From: Candidatus Yanofskybacteria bacterium
Lineage (GTDB): Bacteria > Patescibacteriota > Minisyncoccia > 2-02-FULL-40-12 > IGHO2-01-FULL-4-A
DNA length: 64,000 nucleotides
NCBI GenBank assembly: GCA_016181175.1
Contig: JACOZV010000004.1
Span: 7,718-71,717, forward strand
Direction of reading: 5' to 3'
Shown: positions 7,931 to 18,294 of the stretch, piece by piece
Position numbering within the stretch: the first letter of the stretch is position 1
Layout of the letters: every line of letters begins with the position of its first letter
Made by a program: the position numbers and the translations under genes
The notes under the pieces: generated by a model
What the model saw: only the letters and a program-made list of their open reading frames with translations
What the model was told of the DNA's origin: nothing
Databases searched by the model: none

Positions 7931-9730
7931 CTATCCGGACCAATGGAATGCTAATATGCTAAAGTCGGCTAAGTTCAAAAGTCCGTCACAGTTCAAGTCA
8001 ACATTAGAACCTTCGGGAACTGTTCTTTTCCACCAGTAAGCCATAATAGAAAAGTCTATTAGATTAATTTTTCCGTCACTATTAATATCGGCGTCGCGGG
8101 AACATTCTTTTTGCGGAACCGCAACGCCGATTCCAAAAGTCACCAGCTGGGAAAAAATGGATTCATCACCGGTTTTTAAAACTTCGGTTTTGGTTTTAAC
8201 AGTATGAATACCCTTCTCCAGACCGATAGTAGAAAAAACCTGTGAATAATCTCCGTTCAACAACGATTTGGTAATATAATCTTTTGGTTCTGATACGACG
8301 CTCACTCTGACTTGGGAATCGGGCACGGAAGACCCGCTAACGGTCAATTGCTCTCCTAGGTTAACGGAGGTTTTATTTAAACTGATTGTCGGCGGCAAAA
8401 CAATATTGGACACTTTTGCGATAGAACCGCTTGTCAAAATTTCCCGCTTAGTAAAGGTTACCGAACGCCGGCCGGTTTTGTCTTGCGCCCAAAATCCAAA
8501 GTTATAACCACCCGCTGATAACCCCGATAAAATAAAGCTGAATTTGCCGCTACTGTCAGCCGTAGTCGCACCGGCATTAGATCCGTCTTTCAAAAAATTA
8601 ATAACTGCCGACGGGTAAGCAAAACCCCCAAACTCCACAGCCGCTGTTGCAAGTATAGACCCGCCGCCGCCACCTCCGCCTCCGCCACTCGAAGCCGGTG
8701 TGGGCGTCGGTGTAGCCGCCGTGGTTCCAAAAATGGCAAATGAACTAAAATTAGCAGTAGAAAAAGTAATTGTTTTATTGGTTGTATTAATTGTCGCTCC
8801 GCTAACCAGTTGCCATGAGGAGTCGCTGGATCCCCAACGATAAGGCGCAAGGGAGCTTTCTGTAATACCGCTTACATCCGAACTGGAATAACTAAGAGTA
8901 ATGGTAGCCGGAATAGAAATGGCGCTTATCTGGTCTCCGGTACTTGGATGAAAAATGTTAAAGTCGTATGTTTTGCCGACAAAGTTTTTTTGGGAAGGCG
9001 CCGGTTTGCTGGAAGCAAAATAACTATTTGGAAAAGAATTTGCGACGAGTTGAACCGTCTGTGTGTAGAAGTTCTGAGGAAAATCAAGAACAGCGGTCGT
9101 ACCGCCGCTGTTGGTTAAAGTAAGAGCATTTCTGGTGGCCACATTAAAAGTAGAGGCATTGGCCGCTTCTGCTATGCTACTTGAGACGGGAGTAACACTT
9201 TTTTCATTAGAGGTAGCGACAACATTGCCCACCCCGTCTTTTGTTTCAATTTTAAAAGTATAATCGGAGTTATTAGTTAAACTTGATTTTTGATAGAAAA
9301 TAACATTCCCTACGTTTTGGCACGAATAAGTTCCGCCTGAAGTTAATTTTGTGCAAACATTATATCCACCAACAGAAAAACCCTGGGATGCCGAAGCCGG
9401 TGTCCAAGAAAGAAAAGCTTCGGCATTCCCCTTTAAAGCAGTATGCAATATTGGAGCTGTTACTTTCGGAAAATACAAAAACCCACTTCTCAAACCAAAG
9501 TTAGTAATTGAAGAACTGCCGATGGCTAAGTCGCCGACCGTTGCTCTCAAAATAAAACTTGACGAGCTTGACGAAGCTGTACCGCCGAAAATCGAATGTT
9601 GTGAGTCCAAAATCCTAAAATTATCGGAAGATAAACTCGCGCCAATAGAAATTTCGGCCGAGACAAAATCAGGGATTAGAAATACCAAAAACAATATTAT
9701 TAACACCAATAAACCCTTGTAATGGCTCAC
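7931..9730 (-). CDS. Secreted FN3-like / Gly9-linker / C-terminal dockerin-repeat protein (599 aa)
   Basis: Signal peptide; GGGGGGGGGS linker; C-terminus DINSDGKINLIDFSIMAYWW...DLNCDGLLNLADFSILAFHW = duplicated dockerin Ca-binding repeat. Confidence 0.7.
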   Translation of the reverse strand: MSHYKGLLVLIILFLVFLIPDFVSAEISIGASLSSDNFRILDSQHSIFGGTASSSSSSFILRATVGDLAIGSSSITNFGLRSGFLYFPKVTAPILHTALKGNAEAFLSWTPASASQGFSVGGYNVCTKLTSGGTYSCQNVGNVIFYQKSSLTNNSDYTFKIETKDGVGNVVATSNEKSVTPVSSSIAEAANASTFNVATRNALTLTNSGGTTAVLDFPQNFYTQTVQLVANSFPNSYFASSKPAPSQKNFVGKTYDFNIFHPSTGDQISAISIPATITLSYSSSDVSGITESSLAPYRWGSSDSSWQLVSGATINTTNKTITFSTANFSSFAIFGTTAATPTPTPASSGGGGGGGGGSILATAAVEFGGFAYPSAVINFLKDGSNAGATTADSSGKFSFILSGLSAGGYNFGFWAQDKTGRRSVTFTKREILTSGSIAKVSNIVLPPTISLNKTSVNLGEQLTVSGSSVPDSQVRVSVVSEPKDYITKSLLNGDYSQVFSTIGLEKGIHTVKTKTEVLKTGDESIFSQLVTFGIGVAVPQKECSRDADINSDGKINLIDFSIMAYWWKRTVPEGSNVDLNCDGLLNLADFSILAFHWSG

Positions 9731-9746
9731 TTGCTAATTTTAACAC

Positions 9747-9774
9747 AAAACCGCCGCAAAAGCGGCGGTTTTAT
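9747..9774. terminator. Bidirectional rho-independent terminator
   Basis: aaaaCCGCCGCaaaaGCGGCGGtttt. Confidence 0.6.
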
Positions 9775-9790
9775 CAACAAATTTAAAATT

Positions 9791-10237
9791 TTACTTATTT
9801 CCTATGCTTATAGGGGCTACTTCTACAATTTTATTGTTATCCGGGTCATAGAGGATGGCTTTTTTAGCATTGGCATACAGCAAAAGCTTGTCGCCCTTTT
9901 TTGCTTTCACGAAGAATTGCTGGTCTTTTAATTTTTCCGGATCTGAAACAGTGGCAACAGTCGGCGTTTCTCCTTCGGGCAATATGATAAGTTTGGAAAT
10001 TTGAGCAACCAACTTGGCTGTTTCTTCCCTGACGATCTTGTTTGGATCTTCTTTTAGCACGGCTGCTTCATTGTAAAAATAAAACGCTAAACCGCTTGTC
10101 GTAAGCGCAAGAAAAACCAAAATGGGAATCAAATGTTTTTTACGCTTGGGTGGTGTTTGAACGGCTAAATCTGTACCTAAGCCTTCGTTATTCATTTCTT
10201 CCTCTACTACAACTTCATTATTTATATGTTTACTCAT
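9791..10237 (-). CDS. Membrane-anchored hypothetical protein (148 aa)
   Basis: Single TM IPILVFLALTTSGLAFYFY followed by soluble domain. Confidence 0.5.
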   Translation of the reverse strand: MSKHINNEVVVEEEMNNEGLGTDLAVQTPPKRKKHLIPILVFLALTTSGLAFYFYNEAAVLKEDPNKIVREETAKLVAQISKLIILPEGETPTVATVSDPEKLKDQQFFVKAKKGDKLLLYANAKKAILYDPDNNKIVEVAPISIGNK

Positions 10238-10296
10238 ATCAATATACTACTTAACTAATTTTTAACTTTCAAGACGACTGTGGATAACTTCTGCTT

Positions 10297-12372
10297 TTAC
10301 TGATTCGTTTTAGGATTTAGATAGCCCTGAAGCTGGTTTAAATAGTTTGTGGTGTCATAGCGGTCCGGATCAAGATATAAAGATTTTTGAAACGAGTCTT
10401 CCGCTTTTTCAAACTGACCAGTCCTGAAATAAGCTAGACCAAGCCACATATAACTCTCTGGGGTTTTCTCGCCCATATCAATCGCGTTCTCCAGAAAAAT
10501 AATCGCCGAAATTAAACTCTGGGGATCATTCTTCCACACTTTAATAGAACCCATATACAACCAAACCCAGCTGTTTTTAGGATATTCGGCCACTACTTTT
10601 TTCAAGACAGAAGTGGACAAATTTTCACTGCCCATTAAATAAATAAACCGGCCGGCAATAATTCTATCTAACACATCATCGGACGTCAGCATGTGGTTAA
10701 TTCTCTCGTTGAGATTTCCAGGAGTACTAAATTTATTAATAACTTCACTGTTCTGAGGAATGTTTCTCAAAAGAATTACTGCATAAGAATCAATATAAAC
10801 TAATGACCATAATGGATCGCGCAAGCGCCTCAATAAAAAACTTCCCACAACCGGACTTCCGTCCCGCAAACTTATAAATATCGCGTTCAGGTTATATTTA
10901 TCCCGCGCTTCAATCCATTTTTCTTCACTTGATAGCGCCGGTATGAAAACATCATCAAAAAAAGAAACAGGATAAGAATCGGCTCCATTGTTGTCAACAA
11001 AAACACGCTCTTTAGGAAATAAGTGATAAATAATATAACCTCCGATATCATAATCATTAAAAATAGGACCTTTTAAGTTATTATTCTTGAAAAATTCTCC
11101 GGCATCATTTGAGTGGCGACCTAATCCAATGCCCCAGTCATTCTTATATCCCCGCGAAGCCGCATCCGCATTCAAATCATAAGCCTTATAAGGATAAACA
11201 GCAGAGATAATGACAACTAAACTATACCCTAACACGACTGCCAATTTTGGCCTTTTTTGCCTTAACCAATTTTTTATCGCAAGAAAAACACCATTAAAAT
11301 TAGACGAAACCGCGGGTAAAAATATAAACGCAAAAAGAGTAATTAATCTAATTTGGTTAAGTCCCGCGACGGCGCTAGCAAGTCCGGCCAATAAAAAGAA
11401 TATCGGTTTGTTTTTGTAGCGAAAACCAAAAATGGAACTAAAAAGAAAAATAAATACCATGGGCGCAAATGGCGAATTGAAAATATCCCACGAAAAAATA
11501 CTGGCTTTCAAATTAAAAAATGGCTGGTTTTCGCTTACCGAAAATGAGGCATAGTGAAATTTAATTTTAAGCGGAGCAAGCGCTCCTTCTAAGCCGTTGG
11601 GGTTGATAAATATTACAGCGAACAGTATAAACAGGACCGAAAGTAATTTTTTAACCACCGGATCATTTCGCAAATTTTTTAAATTTATTCTCCAATCCGC
11701 CAGCCGCCCGAATTGGCGGAGGCGGATTTTGGGCATATATAAAACAACTTTCTCAAACAAAAATCCGGCAACCAGAACGATGCCGAGAAAAAAGAAAAGA
11801 TGAAAATTAACCCACAAAAGCTGAAGCGGAATAAGCCAAAAAATCCTTTTTCTTTCCGGATGTTTTTCCAGGTCAAACAGCAAATAAAGAAACAGGGCGA
11901 GAAAAAGATAACTGAACATTTCCGGCCGTATTCTGTTGCGGCCCGCCAAGATCAAAATAGTCGGCAAAGAAAAAACCGCCACCAACCAAAAGTTAGCTTT
12001 TTTCATTGCTGCAATAAAAAGAATAGCGAAAGCGGAAAGAAGAATCGCGGTTTTTAAAATAGTCAATGCCCCAAAGCCGAAGATTTCGGACACGAGATAA
12101 AAAACAACGCTACTCATCCAGTGATGGTCGTATACAGGATGGTCCGGCACCGTAAAAGAATAGATGTTATTTCTAAATACATTTTGAGTTTCCCAAATCG
12201 TTTTGCCGTCCATAATATACAGACCGGTGTCGTTATCCATGTGCGGCAAACTTATCTTAATAAGCAAAAAAGAGGCATAAAAAGCCAGAATGATAATAAA
12301 AATCAGAATTTTCTTATAATCGGCGGGAATCAAATTCTTCATAAAACATTTTAGAGATAGCGCCAATGACAT
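10297..12372 (-). CDS. Polytopic membrane protein with C-terminal TPR repeats; probable GT-C fold glycosyltransferase (PMT/ArnT-like)
   Basis: ~12 predicted TM helices, then soluble domain ending in TPR (LGLAYFRTGQFEKAEDSFQKSLYLDPD); start uncertain (MSLALSL or MKNLIP); architecture-based call. Confidence 0.45.
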   Translation of the reverse strand: MSLALSLKCFMKNLIPADYKKILIFIIILAFYASFLLIKISLPHMDNDTGLYIMDGKTIWETQNVFRNNIYSFTVPDHPVYDHHWMSSVVFYLVSEIFGFGALTILKTAILLSAFAILFIAAMKKANFWLVAVFSLPTILILAGRNRIRPEMFSYLFLALFLYLLFDLEKHPERKRIFWLIPLQLLWVNFHLFFFLGIVLVAGFLFEKVVLYMPKIRLRQFGRLADWRINLKNLRNDPVVKKLLSVLFILFAVIFINPNGLEGALAPLKIKFHYASFSVSENQPFFNLKASIFSWDIFNSPFAPMVFIFLFSSIFGFRYKNKPIFFLLAGLASAVAGLNQIRLITLFAFIFLPAVSSNFNGVFLAIKNWLRQKRPKLAVVLGYSLVVIISAVYPYKAYDLNADAASRGYKNDWGIGLGRHSNDAGEFFKNNNLKGPIFNDYDIGGYIIYHLFPKERVFVDNNGADSYPVSFFDDVFIPALSSEEKWIEARDKYNLNAIFISLRDGSPVVGSFLLRRLRDPLWSLVYIDSYAVILLRNIPQNSEVINKFSTPGNLNERINHMLTSDDVLDRIIAGRFIYLMGSENLSTSVLKKVVAEYPKNSWVWLYMGSIKVWKNDPQSLISAIIFLENAIDMGEKTPESYMWLGLAYFRTGQFEKAEDSFQKSLYLDPDRYDTTNYLNQLQGYLNPKTNQ

Positions 12373-13303
12373 TGGAAAGTTTTTCAATGTCATGACCGCG
12401 CGTCATTACGCAAAGAAGGTACGGATTTTTAGGGTAATATACGATACCGCAATCATGGAGTTGTTTTATGCCACCCTCAAACCCGGTTCGCTCCCCGAAT
12501 TTATGCGCTACCGAAATTTCGGGGGGAACCCCAGCTACAATACCAATATTAAAATCTGTATTTGCCAGAAATTCTAATGTCTTTTCTGAAGTTTCTTTAT
12601 TCCTAAAAAATGATGCGTGGTAAAGCTGAATAAATATTGAGGAGTATGATTTTACGCTTATTACTTCGTCACGCTCTCCTCTTGGACTGACAATGCCCAA
12701 ATCTTGAATCGTTTCAGTAAAAACATCTGTATTTGGATAGGCCTGAATTAAATATTTAGTCAAAACAATGTATGCCTTATTGTCAGAATATTTAATCAGA
12801 CGCTTAAGCAAATCGTTTACAGAATAAGATTCATTTTCTTGAATTGATTCTTTTGGAGAAATTAATTGCTCAAAAATCACTTCTTTTGTCGTATGGTATG
12901 TTAATTTTTTTTCGAGCAACTCTGGTTTGTCCTCGGCAAAATTTAAATAGGTTATAAGCAGGGGCACCTTAAGTAAGCTGGCCGGGGCAAAAACGGCATG
13001 GTCATCAATACCCAGTGTCGGACCGCTCACAAGGTCTCTAAAATAAATGGACACATTAGTAATTTCTTTCTCTTTTATTTTAGAATCAATGAATTCTTCA
13101 ATCCTGCTCTTTAAGTCAGCATAAGCATGTTTTTTTATAACAAAAGAGTTATCGCAAGCCAGTTCTTTATTAATAAATTTAAACCTAGATTGATTACAAA
13201 AAAGATTAATATCAATAATATTAAATTTGTTTGCCAAAAATCCTCCTCCAAAAAGAATGAAAATAATAAGAAGGGTATTTGAAAACCTAAACCCAAAAAG
13301 CAT
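12314..13303 (-). CDS. Class A beta-lactamase-like serine hydrolase (membrane-anchored)
   Basis: S-x-x-K (APASLLKV), SDN (YSDNKAY), KTG-like (HKFGERTG) motifs in correct order. Confidence 0.6.
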   Translation of the reverse strand: MLFGFRFSNTLLIIFILFGGGFLANKFNIIDINLFCNQSRFKFINKELACDNSFVIKKHAYADLKSRIEEFIDSKIKEKEITNVSIYFRDLVSGPTLGIDDHAVFAPASLLKVPLLITYLNFAEDKPELLEKKLTYHTTKEVIFEQLISPKESIQENESYSVNDLLKRLIKYSDNKAYIVLTKYLIQAYPNTDVFTETIQDLGIVSPRGERDEVISVKSYSSIFIQLYHASFFRNKETSEKTLEFLANTDFNIGIVAGVPPEISVAHKFGERTGFEGGIKQLHDCGIVYYPKNPYLLCVMTRGHDIEKLSNVIGAISKMFYEEFDSRRL

Positions 13304-13339
13304 CTTTTCAGTTTAAACTAAAATAAGAGTTTTTCAAAT

Positions 13340-16300
13340 TTAAGTGTCCGGTGAAGTTTCCGAAAGCGGAGATTCTTCTGACGGAGGCGGCTCTGGCGTT
13401 GCTTGCGGTAAGCTTGTTGAATCCGGTTCAGGAGTTGGCTCTTCCACTGGAGGTTGAACCTCTACTTGAGGTTCAACCTCGGCGGATGGCGTAGGTTCCG
13501 GAGGTGGCGATTCTTCTATTATTGGCTCCGCCGTGGACTCTTCGGATACGGATGGTTCTGATTCTGAAGTCGGTTCTATGCTCGACTCCGGAGTTGCCAA
13601 AGATTCGTAATCTTTTGAAGGAATTGGCGTCGGTTCTGGCTGTGAATTATTGAGGATACTCGGAATAACCGAACACTCACCCGGTATGTGAACCAGTTGT
13701 CCCCTTGTCATTCTTACGCAATACGGCTCCCCTGTTTCGGTATCATAAAACGTAATGCCGTTTGGCCGGTCTCGACTCCCTATGGTTAGCGAGTCGGCTT
13801 TAAGCGCCCCTGAGAAAAACGCATTACCTAAACTGTCAAAGGTAATTACCGGCGGACCAGTGCCTCGCCCCAAGCTTGAAGGACCAAATGAAGTAGAGAA
13901 TGAATCTGAAGCAACATTGAAAATACTAAATACGCCGCCATTGGCCAATTTAAACCCGACATCATCATCCACCGGCTCAATGATGTTCACGACCAGCGTA
14001 TCAGTTAAGACCCGCGGTGAAATAATTTCCAATCCGGCTATTATTCTATCAGTATATATTTCCGACAAAGATGTGCTGGCTGTTATTTCCTGCTTGTGAC
14101 TTAACATCTGGGCCAGTACCAGGCGCCCGATATCAATATCTTCTGGTATCTCATCCATATTGACCCCATATTTGCCAAGAACCGACTTTGTCCTGGCTCC
14201 GGTAGAATATGTTGTGGAAATGAACATTAAGATTTTACCTTGGTCTTCAGGAAAACCATCAGATTGGCTAGCAACACTGACGTCAAAATCTTCCAATGCC
14301 GAACCAATTATTAATCCCGCTTTATCAGTCCTTACTGCGACACCCGGAACATCGGATGCGGTAAGCAAATCGCCTTTTTTAATTTCACCATTTGCAGTTG
14401 AAACCTTAACAAGCGCCGTTCCCGACAAAGCTACGGGTTGGGTATCCGACGGCCTTTGGTCGTTCAGGTCTTTATTCATTATTTGAAATGGATCAGTAGA
14501 GATAACCCCAACTACACGGTCTTCAGGGGTTGCTTTTTTAAGAACTGCTGTTTTCTGGAGACCTTGTTTTGAGTCATATGAGGTGTCATTGGGGCCTACA
14601 GCCACCACATCACCGGGCTCTACACCATCTTCAACCACGAAATATTCTGCCAAGTCGGAACCATTGGTACCCGAAAGAGCCCAGACGATAACTGCACCGG
14701 CTGCTCCGGCGGCACCTTTTCCAAGGTTTGCAGAACCACCGCCTCCAGCGCCACCTGGAGCTGCTCCGATTGTTCCATTGCCATTATGAGCTGAGCCAGC
14801 CCCCGAACCCCCGCCGCCACCCGCACCACCCATCGGACTTCCTCCACCATCGCCGCCACCGGCGCCGGCAACTGCGGCAAAACCTGAACCGCCATTGCTT
14901 CCGCTTAGATTTAAGGTACCGCCAATTGCACTCCCCCCCACACCACCAACACCATTGGCAAGTCCTAATCCCCCGCCATTACCTTGAATATTAGCCCCAC
15001 CATTAAGTGCGCCTGTAAATCTGCTTAAATTTCCAACAACTCCGACGGTGCCACCGGTACCAACAACGATAGACACATTTCCGTTGACAGCCGTTATTCC
15101 CGCACTATACCCACCACCACCACCACCACCACCACCGTTTATCGCCGCAGCATTATTTCCACCAGCACCGCCGCCCCATACTTCCACATAAACCTGATTA
15201 ACATACGCCTGTTTAACCCAATTGCCATTAGCAGTGAAGGCGTTTATAGCTTCAATACCAAATCCCGCATCACCGCTACCAGCAGAGGTATCATCATCAC
15301 CACACGAAAATTTTCCTGTTGTTATATCCCAACCCAATGTTTGGGTATCACCATCGCAATCAACTAACCCCGAACCTCTGACTCCCCCGTTAAAGGAAGC
15401 TGAACCGACTGAAGTAAGGGCGGCCAGAGCGTGAAGTCCTTTGGATATGTCGAAAATGTAAAGGCTTGAGTCAAAGTTGAATCCAGGGTCAGGTCATCGC
15501 CGGTCAAGGTGAGATCGGTGCCGGCGGTAAGATTGGTGTGATTTGATATGTCTATGCCTTGGGAAGCTATGGTTAGGGTTGGAAAGGCGGTGAAAGTTAA
15601 GGCTCCGCCCAGACCGGCTAATACAGTGGCGCCGGCTGAATCATCCCACATGAAGAATCTGTCGGCGTTGGGGTCGGTAAGAGTGGCTCCAGTGCCGCCG
15701 TCGGCTAAAGAAACATCTGTGCCGCCGACTGTGTAGACGTTGGATCCGCCTATTGTAAGGGCGGAAACGCTGGCGGTTTTTATCTCAAGAGTATTACTGA
15801 ATTGATTGGAAGCGTTACTGAATGTCCAGCTTCCGGTGATAGTTTCATTGGCGGCACGACTTGCAGGACCGGTAGTCCAGTCTAATGTGATGGTGCCGTT
15901 GGAAGCGGTATTGCTGAAATTGAACATGTTAGCATCGAATTGTAAGGAAGCGATGGCGAAATATGTGCCGGCGGTTACGGCGATGTCTAAGCCGTCGGAA
16001 ACGTTGCCGCCTGAACCGCCGCCGGTATTCGGCGGAAGGCCAGGTATATGTAACGCCATTGAATGTGGTGGCGCCGGATATTGAGGCCGTACCGCCAACT
16101 TCAAAAGCGGTATTGGTAAGAGCACCCGCATTAATACCCAGTTTTGAAAGTGTTGATGTTAACTCTAAACTTCCGGAAATTGAAGCGCTACTTCCAAAAC
16201 TCACAAATCCGTCAAATGAAACTGAACCGTCCACCTCAAGACCACCGGAGATTAGAAGATCGTTAGCGGAATAAATTGCATCGGAATGAGTCGTTGTCGC

Positions 16301-16834
16301 TGTCCCGAATCTTGAGTATGAAGCCGTAGTTAGTCCGCCGAACTGACCAACACCAGTCGCGTTCAAAAATCTCCCCCCGTGAACCGTCTCGGCGTTAACC
16401 GCAAATCCGGAAGCAACGATCCTTTGCCTGGGTGACAATGTTTCAAAGTCAACATTGTCATCAGACACCTGAACTTCCAAATAATAGGTCTGAGAATCAA
16501 AATCCAAATTTAACGCGCTATAACTGGCAGACGTATCACCAAGTAAAGTATTAAAAACACCTTGAGTAACTTTTATCGTTATCGCAGTTCCACCGGATGA
16601 CCACAACTCATTATCACCCGTTGCCGTAGAATGGATTTCGAACTTGAAATAAAAGTTAGTTCCGTTTCCGCCAAGAAGATTTCCAGAAGCATCAGCCAGC
16701 CGTCCTTGAAAACTTAAAATTTGAGGAACAGCAGCCGAAGAATGCCACGCAAAAAAAGTAAACGAAAAAACCGCAGTAATCAAAAACAGCGTGAAAAATC
16801 TTTTTAAAATTAAAATTTTCCCTCCTTGTTTCAC
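13340..16834 (-). pseudogene. ~3.5-kb glycine-rich secreted repeat protein gene interrupted by two frameshifts (three ORF fragments 15929-16834, 15364-16131, 13340-15337)
   Basis: N-terminal signal peptide fragment; fragment 1 ends in Arg-rich out-of-frame tail RRRFRRQRFRRLRHRR; fragment 3 frame stays open upstream of its TTG through 15493 with protein-like sequence; shifts near 16040-16075 and 15366-15493 (the latter includes a G5/C5 run); C-terminal Pro/Glu/Ser/Thr-rich tail. Confidence 0.6.
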
Positions 16835-16971
16835 TTATTAGAGAATAAATATATATTCCAATGAATTATATTTTCTCTAGTAATAATTTTAACATTAAAA
16901 CAAGCTTCCTGCTCGACTTTTATCCACAAGTTATTTTATGACATGAACGAAGACATTTTATAAGAATCCGG

Positions 16972-16997
16972 TTGCTTTATAAAATAAATTGTGATAA
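16972..16997 (+). promoter_or_regulatory. Candidate sigma70-like promoter for rpmE (TTGCTT -35, TGn-GATAAT extended -10)
   Basis: TTGCTT at 16972-16977, 14-nt spacer, tgtGATAAT ending 16997; TSS would be at or next to the start codon. Confidence 0.3.
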
Positions 16998-17004
16998 TCT
17001 AATA

Positions 17005-17256
17005 ATGATGAAACCAGACATTCACCCACAATATTTTGACGCCACAGTCCACTGCGCCTGCGGAAATAAATGGAAAACCGGCTCAACAATGCCGGAGATT
17101 AGCGTGGAAATTTGCAGTCAATGCCATCCTTTCTATACGGGCAAAGAAAAAATGCTTGATACGCGAGGACGAGTTGATAGGTTCAAAAAAAGAATGGGAA
17201 AATCGGATGTTGCAATCAAAAGCAAAACCGTTAAAAAACCTCGCATCAAAAAATAG
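17005..17256 (+). CDS. rpmE: 50S ribosomal protein L31
   Basis: [10 protein letters not shown]...CACGN...[11 protein letters not shown]...[11 protein letters not shown] matches L31 zinc-ribbon. Confidence 0.85.
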   Translation: MMKPDIHPQYFDATVHCACGNKWKTGSTMPEISVEICSQCHPFYTGKEKMLDTRGRVDRFKKRMGKSDVAIKSKTVKKPRIKK

Positions 17257-17277
17257 CTTGCCACCTGGCTCTCCTCA

Positions 17278-18168
17278 ATGCCAACAGCTGAAGAACTCAA
17301 AAAAGAACTTGATCAAATTCAAAAACAACTCGCTGATCCCGAGTTTGTTTTAGATTACAAGCGAGTAGCTGAAGCATCTAAGAGATATGCCGAGATTGAA
17401 CGATTGCTTTCCGGCGGCCAGTCAACTAACTCCGGGCAGGGCCGACAAGAAACTATTATTGAAATACGCGCCGGTACCGGTGGCGAGGAAGCGGCCTTGT
17501 TTTCTTCCAGACTTTTTGAAATGTACAAAAAATATGCCGAAACACAGGGTTGGCAAACAAGCGTCCTGGATTACAGTCAAACAACGCTTGGCGGTTATAA
17601 AAACATGGTCTTTGAACTGTCAGGAAAGGAGGTTTATAATAAAATGCGGTATGAGTCAGGCGTTCATAGAGTTCAACGAATTCCCGAAACCGAAAAAAGC
17701 GGACGCGTTCACACTTCAACAGCCACAGTGGCCGTACTCCCCAAAGCAAAGGAAACAGACTTGGAAATTAAACCTGAAGACCTTGAAATATCATTTTACC
17801 GCGCCGGCGGACCGGGAGGGCAAAATGTAAATAAAGTTTCAACCGCAGTAAGATTACTTCACAAACCATCCGGTTTAGTCGTCAGCTCGCAAAAGGAACG
17901 CTCCCAAGCGCGCAACAAGGAAAGCGCGCTGGAAGTCCTGCGATCCAAATTGTTGGATATCAAAAAACGCGAAGAAGTCGGAGCCGTTACCGAGGAACGC
18001 CGCAAACAGATTGGCTCTGCTGAACGCGCCGAAAAAATACGCACTTATAATTTCCCCCAAGACCGCATTACAGATCATCGCATCAAGAAAAGCTGGGGAA
18101 ACATAAGCAAAATACTGGACGGCAATCTTGATGTAATAGTTAATGCGTTGCTGAATATTAAAAATTAA
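17278..18168 (+). CDS. prfA: Peptide chain release factor 1 (short form)
   Basis: GGQ motif ([21 protein letters not shown]), PxT-type tripeptide region ([22 protein letters not shown]); canonical rpmE-prfA adjacency. Confidence 0.8.
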   Translation: MPTAEELKKELDQIQKQLADPEFVLDYKRVAEASKRYAEIERLLSGGQSTNSGQGRQETIIEIRAGTGGEEAALFSSRLFEMYKKYAETQGWQTSVLDYSQTTLGGYKNMVFELSGKEVYNKMRYESGVHRVQRIPETEKSGRVHTSTATVAVLPKAKETDLEIKPEDLEISFYRAGGPGGQNVNKVSTAVRLLHKPSGLVVSSQKERSQARNKESALEVLRSKLLDIKKREEVGAVTEERRKQIGSAERAEKIRTYNFPQDRITDHRIKKSWGNISKILDGNLDVIVNALLNIKN

Positions 18169-18294
18169 AAATAAAAGACTGGTTAATTTTATAATTTTTA
18201 ATTTTATAATTTTGTAAATAATTTCTAATGTTTAAAAATTAAAAACATTAAGATTTATTTAAAAATTAAAAATTGGAAATTAAAAATTACAAAA

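Noticed and set aside
8590-8850. Minus-strand ORF 86 aa and several plus-strand ORFs (9351-9722, 3977-4336, 5453-5821, etc.) inside the large surface-protein genes
   Set aside because: Overlap strongly supported long ORFs in other frames or on the other strand; Arg/Pro-rich translations typical of out-of-frame GC-rich repeats.
14583-14994. Plus- and minus-strand ORFs within the Gly-rich gene (Pro/Ala/His-rich translations)
   Set aside because: Alternative frames of the GGN/GCN-rich repeat region; no independent start signals.
18169-18294. Repetitive AT-rich block considered as CRISPR-like array
   Set aside because: Repeats are 8-11 bp A/T motifs without regular spacer-repeat periodicity; no cas genes.
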